Source: Callorhinchus milii
Lineage: Eukaryota
Assembly (NCBI RefSeq): GCF_018977255.1
Contig: NW_024704761.1
Location: 2,170,001 to 2,234,000, forward strand
DNA length: 64,000 bases
Direction: 5' to 3'
This document shows positions 12,633 to 27,600 of the stretch, one piece after another; the stretch's first letter is position 1, and the number at the start of each line of letters is the position of its first letter. Position numbers and translations under genes: made by a program. The notes beneath the pieces are model-generated. The model made no database searches, was not told the DNA's origin, and saw nothing but the letters and a program-made list of their open reading frames with translations.

Positions 12633-15600
12633 TTACTTCTCGAGCCCCAGATCTTCCTCAATTTTCTTTCTGAGTTTGTATTTCTGGATCTATGACAAAA
12701 GAGCAGAAAACGTTTATTAAACGTTACATCATACAATGAGACCACAAGCAAGGGAGGGTTCAACAAGGTACTTCATGCTCCTTAAACCCCCCTCCCCCCC
12801 ATTAGACCCCTCCAATTACACCCCTCCCCAATTACATCCCTCCATTACAATACTCATTACAATATCCAACTGTATTTGAGACGAGTCCAGTGAGCCTGAT
12901 GGGTTCAGTTGGATGTTAAAGATCTCGAGGAACTGTTTGAGTCAAGCAGGGAGATATTGAATGGGTTTGCATGGATGATATGTTATGTGTTACATGTTAC
13001 ACGTTATGTATTACGTGTTATGTTATATAATAATGTAATAATCCTTACCTTTGATATAGCGCTTTTCACGTCTTCTCGACGTCTCAAAGCGCTTCACAGA
13101 ATATACGTAAAATGAATTGACTGTATATATTTTTGGTGAGCGAAACGCGGCAGCCAATTGCGCACAGCAATGTCCCCACAAACAGTCGTGGATTGAAAAT
13201 GACCAATTAATTACTGTTTTGTTTTTTGGAGGGCTTTTTATTAGGAGTGTGGAGTAAGGAAACTTGCTGCAAGTTACGTGGTACTAATTGTAATCCTTGA
13301 CTGTTCAACGCCTTTGGATGTCCTCCCAACGTGAAAGGCACTTTACAAAGGTAATTTTGTTTTGTATTGTACTTGATATGTGTTGTATGTCACGTGTTGA
13401 GATTAATTACTCTGTTTGATGGATTTGGACCCAGATGACAGTGTCACAGAGGCCTTTTTTCAATGTTCTTCTCCACTGAATGACAAAGCCAAGTCTGTAC
13501 ATTGTTGGTGTGAGATACATCTTCTCATCTATCAGAAAGTAAGTGTGTCCCTTATTATTGTTGTTTGGGGGGTGGGAGGGTCACATACCTTCCCAGTGAC
13601 TGTCATAGGCATGTCCTTCACAAAGATTATGTAACGGGGTATCTTGAAGTGAGAAATCTGTGAAATAAAAAGAGGTTGAAAAGTTTGTACACTTGCTCTA
13701 CTCTCTCCAATTCACTTCCTTTGTAGAGAACTGAGCTGGTGAACCGGAAATATTTTGTTTGAAGGAGTTTCTTTCATAGAACCATAGAAATGTACAGTAC
13801 AGGTGGAGGCCATTTGGCTGATTGAATCTGCCTTAGCTCTCAAAGCAAAGTCACACTGCCCTGCGATATCCCCACACCACTTCAAAACACAATACAATAG
13901 ACATTCATACAGATTTGTGCGAGGTAAGGGCATCCAGGGATATGAAGCTAATTGAAGTTGAGGTACAGATCAGCTATGATCTATTAGAATGGCGAAACAG
14001 GCTTGAAGGGCTGAATGGCCTGTCCCTATATTCCTGCACCAGAGTACATGAGCGGTGGCCTAACTAATGTCATCGAATTCATCTCTTCCTTACTTGTGTA
14101 TTCAGTGGCTTAGAATAAACTCATTTACAATACAGGTGAATTTAGGGCAACATATGGGTTATGGGATCAATGTCGGACTTTCACTGTAAAACATAACGAG
14201 GTCAGTGTGGAGTGTTCCGATGACATACTTGGCCTTTGCAATAGTCTTTTATCTCCTGAGCCGTGCACTCGGTTCCTTCCTTGATTCTGATACAGGCACA
14301 AATTTCTTCACCCATCTTCTCATCATTTACTCCAATCACCTGGACACACAGGATAGAATTCACCCACAAAATATACAGTCAATTCACTTGGACAGAATAT
14401 CCTGCGAAGCGCTTTGAGACGTCTCAAAGACCCCATAAGGCGCGATATCAAATGCTATGACTATTATTATTAATCAATCTTATTACAGATAATGATCTTC
14501 AGAAGAGGAAGCAGTGGACATGAGGAGCAAACCCCCCCCCCCCCACACCCACCCCCCGCTGAGAGTGGCCACTGGTTTATCCAGAACATGTAAAATGTGG
14601 GGGCCTCCCCCTCCCCACCTCCTCTTCCCCTTTCTTGGCCCAGGACAAGCTGCTGACCTGGATCTCCTCTACTTTAGGATGTGTGTGCAGAAACTCCTCG
14701 ATTTCCGCTGGGTAGATGTTTTCGCCGCCACGGATGATCATGTCGTTCATTCGTCCCAGAATCTGGCAGTAGCCGTACTCGTCTAATGAGGCGATGTCGC
14801 TGGAAACACAATGATTAACAGAGGTTAATGTCGAGCCAAAGTGCCCGCTTCACCTTCAAACTTCCACTCGTTTTAGACAGAATAATTGTGAGATGTGGAG
14901 GCAGCCAGCTAACCGAGAGTTTGCGATCAAATTAAAATCCTATAATAATCCTATGTTAATGATCCTTGCATTTGGTAAAAACCCCTTATCACGTCTTTGA
15001 GACGTCTCAAAGCGCTTCACAGAATATACTGTAAAGTGAATTGACTGTGATGAGAGCTCTACCGACTGATGAATGGGACCGACGCTGGGATCACTGAGAT
15101 ATCTCCTGCTCTGTATGACTCTGGCTATTATAACACCCTCACAAAGATAGTATGGATCAGTAACGCACCACACACTGTGGCATTGGGGAGCTGTGATCAC
15201 AGATTACGAGCACTCACCCAGTTCTGAACCAGCCCTCTGGGGTTATACATTCCTTAGTCTTTTTCTCATCGTTCCAGTAGCCCCGCATCACACAGTAGCC
15301 TCGGACCAGTAACTCGCCAGATGTCTGCAGTGGCTGAATCAGCTGGGTTTGGGGATCCACTATTTTAGCCTGAAACACAAGTGAGAATGCCCCCACATTG
15401 AGAGGTCCTGCGTTTACCATCTATGATGTGCAGACCATCATTTACAATAACAATAGTCAGACAGTACAAGGCAAGTCAAAGATTGGGCCAAAACTCTGCT
15501 AAAGCCTTCATTGCCACAAAGAAGGAAACACAGACCAGGTTCCACCCTTCAGTGGTGTGGAGTAGCACCCTGTCCAGGGAGAGAGTGGGGTCAGTGAGGC

Positions 15601-18600
15601 TAGGCTGCGAATCCCCCCTCCCCTCAGGTGTCACCATGATATATGAAGGAACTATCTGCACATAGATCAAGCTGTGGGACTCTGCGTTGTTGTGGGGCTG
15701 GGCTGAGGCTGGGAAAAGCTGAATGGAAAAGGTAACTTTAACGTGTGGAATTTTTAGTAAGTGATAGAAGAGTGCGGAGAAACAACGATACAGCATGAAG
15801 TAATTGGATGGGCTGAAGCCAGCGAAGTGACTGTACCAAGTAGGACCGCAGTGAATGGAGTCCCAGAAACATTACTATTAATAATAATAATCCTTGCATT
15901 TGATATATCGTCTCATCACGTCTTCGAGACATCTCAAAGCGCTTCATAGCACATACTGTAAAATGAATTGACTGTATATTTTTGTGGGCGAAATACCTCA
16001 ATGTGGGAGCCGATATATCCAACTGTCTCGGTTTTCCGTGTAATTTCATCCAAAGTGAAGCCCTGGAAGGTCACTGGACTGTTCTCTGTCATCCCATAGC
16101 CGATCTGCTCAAAACAAACAAACAATACAATGGAAAAAAAACTGCTCATTTCTCTCGTCTTTAGACGGTCTCAAAGCACACGGCACCAACCACTGTGTCA
16201 CAGGCAGGAGGATTGATTCCATACTCTCCGACAGGGATCTCAGGCCCTGTGGGTGACGACAGGTGGCGCCAGAAACAAGCCAGGTTTGGCTGCTTTCGCC
16301 CGACACACAGCTTTGTGTTCAGCACCGCACAGCCCAGCCTGGCACAGCCTGGCCTGGCACACCATGGCATTGCTTGGGTAAGGAGCTGTGATTCAGACCT
16401 GCCCACTCGTAGCCAGTTTCCTCACTTCGTCTGCTCAGCTCCGCTCTGACAACAGGGGCGGTGTCGTGGCTTCATCCGCAAGATAGGAAACAAGGTTATT
16501 GGGGAAACGGCACAGGGGGAGCAGTCAGCATTAGGTGGTCGTGTGCTGCAGCCTTTACATCCACAATACAGCACTCTAAAGCACATTACAGCACAAAAAT
16601 TAGTCACTCAAAGCATGTCTGTTGTTGGGCAGTTGCTGTGTGCAAATTGACTGTGTATTTTGTGGGCGAAACGCAGCATCCAATTGCGTACAGCAGTGTC
16701 CCACAAACAGTCGTGGATTGAGTCACCAAATTTATTTTTAAAAGAATTTATTACCCCCAGAAAAGTGATCCGGCAATTGACTACCAACCGGGTTCCTACT
16801 TACTGCTGGGGAAACAGAGGCGTGTGGAGTAAGGAAACTTGACCAATGTTTTGCCCTGCCTGGGAATCGAACCTGGGACCTCTCGTTTGCGAGATGAGAG
16901 CTCATGAATGCTTCGATATGAGACGGCTACACACTGTGTAGCACACACCGCCGATGGTGGTGGTGGTGGGGGCGGGTCACAGAGGTAGGAAACACACATG
17001 TGCACACTCTGGCAGTCGAGGATCTTTCATTGAAGGGCATTTCCACGGCAATGATAATGATGTGTCCATTGAAGTGAAGCCTGATTCCTGTTTTATTGGA
17101 ATTTTCCGTTGTGCACAAAAGGCAGAAGCGGAGAGGGAACCGGACACCAGTGATGGATGGAGAAAATTTTCCACTCCGCTCCAGCCCCGAGGGCTACAGT
17201 CACGCTTTTCTCTCCTCTAAAAAACTACAGTAAATATTGAACGGTTTCAGTGGACACTTATTGGGAGACACCCAACTAGCAACAATGCTGCCTTTCAGAC
17301 CCTCTCACCCATCGTTCAGTCTTAAATCGACGTGTTTGAATTTCGGTATTTACCCACAGGCCCCGTCAGATCCCAGGCCTCTGCCACCACCTGTTTGGCC
17401 ACACTTCCCTTTTATATGTATTTTATTTATTTGAAAAGAGAACAGCTCAGTGTAAATTCCCTGTCCTCTCTCCCCCCCCCCCCCCCTCACCCCAGCCCAC
17501 CATTTTGTTTCGCCCACAAAATATACAGTCAATTCACTTCACGGTATATTCTGTGAAGCGCTTTGAGAAGCCTCAAAGACGTGATACGGCGCTGTATCAT
17601 ATGCAAGGATTATTATTTTAATAATTCCCGAGCTGGGGGTTGGGATCTGCAGAGGTGGAGGGCAGGGAGGGTGGGGGTAGGAGGGTGGCCAAAGGTGCGG
17701 TCGAAGAGGAGGTCCTTGATACCTGCCTTGAGGGAGGCAAGGAAGGGAGCAAGGCAAAGGGACCGTGGGATGGAGTTCCAAAGGGTGGGCGCAGAGAGAC
17801 TGAACGCCCAACCGCCGATGGTGGGGGTGGGGTGGTCACAGAGGTAGGAAGAACCAAAGCCATGGAATGCTTTGAAGACCGTTTCTGAAATGGATTTCAG
17901 TGAAGTTAACTATATTTAGTGAACTGAAACCGAAGTCAGTAACTGAGAACATTTCATCCTTGGATAAAGCTTTGATTCTAATTTAACTGTTGTGCTTGGA
18001 TACGGATATCTCAGACTGGATGTGGTTTGTAACCTTGGAATTCTATATTTGGAGTAGAATTAGCTTTGGATTGGCCCTATGTTTACCTGTTACACAGTGA
18101 ATTACTGTAGTACAGTGGCCACTGAATAATGAGGTGTTGATTGTTTCCGCAAACAGTAATGTTTGCCAGGGTGAGACAAGTGATTTAGAGGGTGTGAGAG
18201 GGGACGATTGATCTGACGATGGAGTTCAGGCTGTGGCACTTACTGCAGAAGCAGGAATTAACAGATCAGATGTCACACTCACTGGCCCTTAGCAAAATAC
18301 TTCAAAAGATATTCTGATTTTAAAGAGAAAGAAAAGTGGCATGATATAATAATAATAATAATCCTTGTATTTGATATAGCGCCTTATCACGTCTTCAAGA
18401 CGTCTCAAAGTGCTTCACAGAATATACTGTAAAGTGAATTGACTGTAGATTTTGTGGGTGAAATGTGGTAGCTAATTGCGCACAGCAGCGTCCCACAAAC
18501 AGTTGTGGATTGAATGACCAATTTACTATTATTATTATTTTTTTGAAGGGATCATTATCCCTTGAAAAGCAATCCGCCAATCGACTAACAACCGGATTCC

Positions 18601-21600
18601 TACTTACTGCTAGGTAAGCGGAGGTATATGGTGTAAGGAAACTTGACAGCCCATTGCACTGGTGATGTTATGATGGAACTAAAATGTTTAAAGAAAGAAA
18701 ATTAATCTCCAGAGATAACTGACTTCCCAAGTCCACCCTCTGGCCTCCTCACATCAGCCAATGCACAGCTACAGACTGCTGCAGACCTCACACACACCCA
18801 CGTACCTAGGCCTGGGGAGGCTCAGTGAGGGACCAGAGTAATTCATCCTCTTGTAGAAATTGAGAAAGAATTCTCACAGTTATATTTTATTCAATTCTGA
18901 AATGTTGGTTTATGCTCATGAATAGATTTAATATTTTTCAAGAACAAACAGAAACCTTAATCCCCACAAGACTATAAAATATCTCTGGGTGACTGCGACA
19001 CTGAGCTCAAATCTGTTTTTCCCTTTCCAAGTCGGCTGGATTCCAACACAAACTCCTGAGCCAATAAATACTTATTTCCTGCCTCCTGTGCTGGACGTAG
19101 AGGTGACCTGACACCAAGAATCCAGTTACATAACTCTCACTGTGCCGTGTGTGTACGAGCTTGATGTTCAACTCTCGTTTCTATTCAGGTGAGAAGTACG
19201 ACAAGCACAATTACACTGGAGAGGTTGATGGTTCTCAGCCGAGATCACCGTCTCCTCGGCATTTATATGACAAATGCCGTTCCATGTGCCTTCTGAACTT
19301 CAATTTGGTTTTGTGTTGATAAAATAATTAATAATAATATTAATAATAACACCAATTCACATTTATTTATTTAGTACCTGAAAAGGAGTGGGGGCTCAGG
19401 CAAGGGTGGGGAAGGGCAAAACTAGGGCAAGACTTGCTTCAAAACTAATCTCCAAGTGATCTGCTCAAAACCTCATCTCTATGTAAGTTGGGATGGGCCC
19501 TCTGCCCTCGCTTCTCACTTCACAGAAAAATGGCGTCACAGCGCAGAACTAATAAATATTCCTCACCATGTGTTGAATTTAAAGGTGAGGTGTGCAGTTA
19601 CATAACTCTATGCTCAATGCTGCACAATTTCTGACAGCTCAGCACTCATTCAGTTTCAGATGTGAAATATCGTGAGCAAACACTAGATACCGGGGGTGTG
19701 GTGGGGGGTGTGGTGGGGGGGGGGGTTTGGGACAATCTCAGCACTAAATTAACGACAGTCATAGGAACATGTAGGGTAGCATAGGAGCAGGAGTAGGCCA
19801 TTCAGTCCCTCGAGCCTGTTCTGCCATTCTTCAAGATCATGGTTGTTGTGTACCTCAACTCCAATTACCCACTACAGTGGAGTCCTGTAGCTCAGTGGTT
19901 AGAGCACTCGCTTTGCAAGTGAGAGACCTGAGTTCAATTCCAGGCAGAGGGCCAAACCTTGGGCAAGTTTCCTTACTCCACACACAGCCTAATAATAATC
20001 CCTCCAAAACCAAAAACAATAATAAATTGGTCACTTTCAATCCACGACTGTTTGTGGGACATTGCTGTGCGCAATTGGCTGCCGCGTTCGCCCACAAATA
20101 TAGTCAATTCACTTTACAGTGTGTTCTGTGAAGCGCTTTGGGACGTCTGTAAGACGTGAAAAGCGCTATATCAAATGCAAGGATTATTATAATTATTATC
20201 ACATCACATGCTGGGTGTACAAACATCATTCTCCCAAATAAAACTGGTCACTAAGGAACTTATACAATGGGAAATTGTGAGTGGGAATCGATATTGCACC
20301 AGCCTGAGTATCAAGTGAGCTCTTACCATGATTTCTTGTACTGAAACCTGAGCTGGAAAAGCCACTAGATATTTGCTGAAGGTGAACCGTTTAATTTGCT
20401 AAAACAATTCATCGCCTTCCACAACACTTTCNAAAAAACTGCAAAACTGCAAAATGCCAACAGCATGAATGAACCACAATATAATCATAAACCGAGCCCA
20501 AAATGGCAGAAATACCACAGGATTGATCATATCGAGTTAACCAGCCACGCAAGTTGCCAAATAATACAATAAATAAAAGGTTCATAGGACCAAGAGAAAT
20601 CTTGAGGCATAAAAATACACTGATTCACATCTGAGTAGGTTGCCACCAAGCTTCTCCCGAGGAAGAAAGTAAATAATAATGATAATAATAATCCTTGCAT
20701 TTGATATCGCGCCTTATCACGTCTTCGAGATGTCTCAAAGCGCTTCACAGACTGCACTGTAAAGTGGAGTGACTGTGTATTTTGTGGACGGAATGTACAT
20801 CCAGCAGAGCAGATGTCTCCTCCCCACACAATCCCACAGCAGGATTGCTGGCTGGGACTGTCTAACATTACACATTCGGGGTTGGAAAGTGATCGCATTC
20901 AAACTCCGCAAATTGTAAGCCGACGGGTTGATTTGACTGACTGACATTTAATAGTTTCCCACTTTTAAACCCTCATTCTCCAGGAAAATGGATGACTGAG
21001 AAGTGGGTGGACAGACAGAGGCTGTGTGGGGAGGATGGGGAAGCACTCACAGGGGCTGTGTGTGTGTGCGTGTGTGTGTGTGTTGTGGGGAAGCTCTCAC
21101 AGGGGCTGTGGCTCGGGTGTGAAGTGTTAACACAGTGTGACCCGCCCAGAGCTGCTAGCGGAGCCCAGCAGCTTATAAACAGCCGTTGGCCGTGACCGAG
21201 CTTCAAGCTCCCTCCCTTCCCTATATACACACACACACACACTGAGCAGAGCAGAGCAGCCCAGTCCAGCGCAGCCATGCAGAGTGTGAGCTTGCTGCTG
21301 CTGGCCCCACTGTTGGCCCTGGTGTCGGCTGCTCCGCGCTGCCCCGCCGCCTGTAACTGCCTCGGGGACCTGCTACACGTGGTGTGTGAGAACCGGGGCT
21401 TGAGGAAGATCCCGAGGATCAACAGTAAGATCCGCCTGCTCAGCCTCCAGCACAACAGATTCCCCGTGCTGCCACCCAACGCCTTCAGCTCCATGAAGAC
21501 CCTCGTGTCCCTGCACCTGCAGGACTGTCGCATCAGGCAGGTGTCAGCCAGCGCCTTCCGTGGCCTCAAGAAGCTGGTCTACCTGTACCTGGCCAACAAT

Positions 21601-24600
21601 GAGATCAGCCTCATCAAGCCTGGTGCCTTCCAGGACCTCTCAGAACTGACCTACCTCTACCTGGACAATAACAGGATCAGCAGCCTCAGCAAGGGGCTCC
21701 TGACCCCCCTAAACAGCCTGTTTGTCATGCACCTGACCAACAACAGGATCACCCAACTCAAGCCCAAGGCGTTTGCTGGTGCCAAGGAGCTGAGGTGGCT
21801 GTACCTGTCGGGCAATGGCATGACCTCCATCCTGCCAGGCGCTCTGGACGAGGTGGAGAATTTGGCAGCTCTCTATCTGGACAAGAACCAGCTGAGCAAA
21901 TACCCGGCAGAGGGTCTGAGGAAGCTCCGGGTGGTGGAGGAGCTCAATCTTTCTCACAACCCCATCAGACTGATCCCTGACAACGCCTTCCACTCCTTCG
22001 GTCGGTACGTGGAGCGCATCTGGTTGGACCACATGGACCTCGAGAGGGTAAGTGTATCTCCTCCTGCTCTTATCTGACTGTTTAAAACTGGAACAATATT
22101 CATCTGGTGCACACTGACCCATCAGAAATCTATTCAGCCTTTCATTGATCTGGAGAGATTTGGGGGATAATAGGTTTGGCTATGGAGATGGTCACTTGGT
22201 TCAGACTGGGATAAGCTTTCGGGATTTGACAGATAAATTATAGCCCAAACTCCAAAAGACCAACCTCACAATTAATAATAACAATAATAATCCTTCCATG
22301 TGATATAGTGCCTTATCATGTCTTTGAGTGTGTCTTTTGCTGCTGGTGAACAGGGTTGGTTCAACAGAGATGAACAGATTTGATGAAAAAAAGACTCAGG
22401 ACAAGATGCTCAGTTATATGACAGGGCGAAAAGTGTCAATATTTACCTGTGTTCATCCCTAACCGTGTGCTGCCATCACTGCGCTCTGTGGAGTGCCGGG
22501 CAATCTGCCAGCTGTGTCCGTTATTGTGTTAGCCAGGGTGTGGGGTGCTGGAGTCTCTATTACCCTCCCTCTATGGACCGTTGATAACGTTGGAGTGAGG
22601 ACATTTTTGTGTTTGTTTTTACCCTGCAACCACATGGTGCTAGCTGGTGATTATCAACAACAACTTGCATTTATATAGCGCCCTTCACGCGGGGTAGCAT
22701 CCCAGAGCACTGATCGCTCACCGACATAGCCCTGGAGAGGAGGCTGATCACAGGATCACACACTGACCTCTGTAGTTTACACCAAAGGCCACTAGTCGAC
22801 CTGGATGGCCAAATGGCCCGTTTCTGAGCTGTAACTTCTATGAATCTATGCATTCTTTCTCCATTACAACATCAACAATTTGCATTTAGACAGCGCTTTT
22901 CATGTGGGGTTAGTGTCTCGGAGATTTTAATTGTGGTGGATCTTGTCAACAAGTTAATTTGACTTCTTTGCCAAATACCAAACCTGCTGTATTGTCTTAC
23001 TCCTTAATAATAATTATAATAACCCTTGTGTTTGATACAGCACCTGATCACATCTTCGAGACGTCTCAAAGCACTTCACAGAATATACTGTAAAGTGAAT
23101 TGACTCTATATTTTGTGGGCGAATTCAGTGAGTGTTCAGTGAATGTCCAGCCTGGTGGAGGGCAATGCTAGTCATGACTTGATGTTGTTCAGGAGCCTGG
23201 ACTAATATTTGCTATGCATAGCCCATGGGACACTGTGCTGGCTGCTTCTTCTGACCACCTCCACTTCCCAGCTGGGATAAGCTTCCTCAACATGTCTAGC
23301 TCAGTTCCACACTGTGTGGTTCAGTTGACAATCTGAATTTACCTGGTGTTAAATATACACAACTACTGTACATAACAACTCAACCAGGCCACAGCATCAT
23401 CTGAGAACCCGACCCACCTTGGGTTAGAAACCAGTGTTTTGCAAATCATGAACGAACCCGATTCCTTTGTCATCTAACAGCACAGAGCAGCAGAGCATTT
23501 ATCTCATCAAAAGTAAACCCAGATCAGTACATTAGGATGGACCAAGACAATAGAACAAGAGGACACAGGTCAAGAGTTGTCAAGGACAATTTCAGGACAG
23601 ATCACAGCAAGTATTTCTTTACCCAAACGGTAATCAATGACTGGAACAGGCTGCCAGGAAGGGTGGTTGAGACCAGTACACTGGGACTCATTTTAAAAAG
23701 CAGCTTGATGTTGTGTCGGGGGTATGGTAAGGGTGGGTGTTCTGGAGGGATGAGATCAGATGGCCATTTGGATGAGGTTCATGTCGTACCAGTGATTGAA
23801 ACAAAGATTTAGAGGAGAAAACAACAACAACAACAAGATTCCATTTATAAAGCGCCTTTCACGTCAGGAGGACGTCCCAAGAGAAAAGAGTGAGCGAAGG
23901 GGGGAGAAAGCACCAACAAGAGACACAACTGGGGAAACAGAAACAATCAGAACATCAAGTGGTTCAATATTCCGTACCTCAGACAGTTTTTCCTTGATGC
24001 ATCTTATGAGATAAGGGAAGCAAGTCCCAAGAATAAATGATTTTATTAGCGCTTTACACCTGTGCCTCTGTCAAGCACAAGTTGGGAATATGCATGGTTC
24101 ATTTCCCCTCCACTGTCCCCCACCCCACCCACAATTTGCCTTAAACATGGTCGCGATAGAGCACCCGACTGAGATTCCATTTCCACGTCAATCAGCCTGT
24201 GGAATCTGGGAGTAAGATTGCCAGGAAGGTCCCAAACTACACCCTTATGGTTGGCCAACAAAATAATTTTTTGTTGATTGAATATTTCATAAATCAAGAG
24301 ATATTTAATCAAGAGAAAACTGAAAACACTCTACCGGTCGAACATGGACTTACCTAGACTCGTGCAAATGTTCTGGGGGGGTTGGGGGGGAACGGGGAGG
24401 GGAGGAGGGGACACTTCTTGTCCCGCGGAAGTGGTGGGCCAGATTGGCCACCATTCCTGTAGAGGAACTGGGTTGAGATGCCTCAAACTAATTTCACACA
24501 AGACTCGCATAGTGAACAGACAGAGCAGACTTTCATCCCCTCAGTCCAGGCTGGATTCAAACCAACTCTGTCCAGGAGACAACCCGAGACAAACCGTCAG

Positions 24601-27600
24601 TCTCAGTGCAGAAAATAGCAGCGTTTCTGTTTTACAGTTTAAAAAAAAAGTTTTCATTTTGAGACAAAACACCAGAGCCACAGCAGCCACACGTGGCTCC
24701 CACAGGAAGCATTCCGAATCACTTGGGTTCAGTGCTTCATAACGTAAGCTATTACTGGACACTAACCTCACTAATGAATCAAACAGGTCCTGAAATCCAA
24801 GCTCTTTAGTCTAGACTGCAATCATTTGAAAGTTACACTCTTCAGCAGCAGCCTGACAGACAATTTATTCAGCGCTGTTGAACCACAGCTTTATACGGTG
24901 GATTTTGGATAGAAGAGCTGAGGAACCAGGACAGGGGGAGGCTCTGTGTGAGAGCTCAGTGTAAACCAACTCCTACACTGCCCTTCTTTTATGTCTTCCT
25001 AAAATGGTGAATGGCCGTCACTGAATCTCAGTCCCGAACTTTAAAGTGTCACGTTTACATTCTCTTCCTCACCCCACCCACCCCAACAACAACAACTAAC
25101 ATTTACACAACGCCCCTCACACAGGGTAGCGTCCCTGAGCGCTTGACAAGGGCGGAGCACGACCCCAAGCCGGGGGAGACCACCCTAAGCGCGGTCGAAG
25201 AGGAAGGTCTTCAGGTGCGATCTGAAGATGGGGAAGGAAGGGGTAAGGCGGTGGGATAAAGGAAGAGTGTTCCAGAGTTTGGGAGTGTATCCAGAATATA
25301 TGAAGCTCACCGTCAAAGGCTTTCTCCTCTACATCAATACGTTTACTACCCAACTTCTGAATGTTGACACTCAAGCTCTCTGGCTGATTACTCTGCTCCT
25401 CGCTCAGAAGTGCTGGGGCCGTGCTCACAAGCTCAGCCAAGCTAACAGCACAGGCTCCTGGCTCTGGACCGAACCAGATAATTCAGCTCCTCTGAAACTT
25501 TGTTGTGCGCAATTGTGCTGCCGCGTTTGACTACGAATACACAGTCACTCCATTTCACAGTAATTATTGTGAAGCGCATAGAGGCTAAGAGTTTAAATAA
25601 AGTTTAAATGTTCGCCGGCCTGTGAATTTCTGATGATTGGCAATGGGACAATGAATAAAGGGGTGAGGGACAGGTAAAAGTTAACCAAGCAAAGAAACTC
25701 TGTCATTCCAGCTGTAAATATTTGAACATAAGAACGTAAGAATTAGGAGCAGGAGTGGGCTATTCGGCCCCTCGAGCCTGCCCCGCCATTCAATAAGATC
25801 ATGGCTGATCTATTCTAACTCCACCTGCCCGCCTTATCCCCATATCCCTTAATCCCTTTATCCACAAGAAATCTATCAATCTCTTGAAATCATTGCCTAG
25901 CATGTGAACTTGGTAACTGATCCCCAATAACTGGGGTGTTGGGACAGCATTCCCTCCACTCCTTTTTAAGGTCCTTTCATGATCATGTCCTGTAATAATC
26001 CTTCATTCAATTCGGGAAAGAGACAGCAGGATGGATAGCAGTTATCTCTATCACCCTCATACATCACTCACATGCCTTCAACCACTATATGGCCTATACA
26101 GTGGTTGAAAAATGTAAAGGATGAATGCACAATGAATGAGATTGAATTGGCAGAGACCCCAAGGGTGACTGTAGACTCATCACATCCAACTTCAGAGCAA
26201 CGCGGTGAAGCTATTAAAATCTGAAACCAATGTGAGGACATGTCAGCAGAACAGGAGAGTAAAAGTCTCCTGAGGTTATTCTGAGGCCTCACAAAGCAAT
26301 GATCAGACCTATGCTTGGAGATTGTGGTCAGTTCTGATCACTGCGCCTTGCAATCTAATGTCATCTTTGAAGAGGGGCAGAGAAGTTTAACAGGAACAAG
26401 AACTTGTGTTGCGACATTCCTCCCGAGTATATTTACAGCAAAGAAAGAGGTCATTTGGGAGCACATCGGTGGGACTGGGGCTGAGTGAGTGAGTGAGTGA
26501 GTGAGTGAGTGACTAAGGCTGAGAGAGTGACTGAGGCTGAGTGAGTGAATGACTGGAGATTGGGATGAAGGGTAAATCTACGATCCCCATGACTTATAAT
26601 AGTCCCTGCATTTGTAAACGTTCCATGTTCAATGGAATTCCAGTGGAAATTTCCATTTACTTGAGTACGGAAAATAATCCAAGCCAATTTCCACATCATT
26701 ACCCGGCACAAACACTGGTAGAGGAAGCCTTGATTTCACAGTCAATGGGAACGTTCACAGATTCAGCTCCTATAATACTGTTAGTGATTCCAGGGGAAAG
26801 AGAACAGCCAAGAAAGCAACAGAACGGAAGATTGTTTTCGCAGTCCAAGCTTCACTTTTGCCAAATTAAAGTTTGAAGACAGAAAAGTGATGGAATTCTT
26901 CCTTTAACTCTTTCCCCTCAGAATTACACTCCCATTAGCATTATCCAGTCCCTCACAGCTTCCCTTCCGCCTGTTCCCAAATTCCCTGAATCTCATCAAG
27001 TGACCAGTGATCATCAACAGGTTATGGTCAGATTAGGTGACTCAAACACCAACCATTAACATGGTTTGGGGTCAGTCACAGGCTGCCCCAGAAAACTGAG
27101 CCGACACACAACAAATCACAATGACAACCTGGCGTTATACAGTGCCTTTCATTAGGGACAAAGTCTGAAAAACATTTTACAAAGACCCAGTGGAAGCCCA
27201 TTGGAGGGGAGGGGAGGTGGTTGAAGACACAGTCAATATTGAGAGATGTAGGTTTCAGAACAACGTTCCAAAGTTTGATTTTAAAAATAAAAACGCATTC
27301 ATTTCCCCTTTTGTATTTTAAGTCCTTCCCGCAGGTCATTTCTCAACATTGGCTATTACCACAATCACGTCTCTAATTGTAATAAAAGTTGCATTTCCTT
27401 TTCTGAATGTTCTCTGCCAACACTGAGATCACAGGGTCATTCCCTTGCTCTTACTTCATACCTTATTTTCTCCATGTTGTGTTAGGAGTTTTAAGACATT
27501 CAATTAAGATTGTTAATTTACTGTAAAATATATCAAAACATGGAATAGATATTAGAATTTGGAAATCTAACGATGTTTTCTGGTTCAGTTTTCAGAGAAC

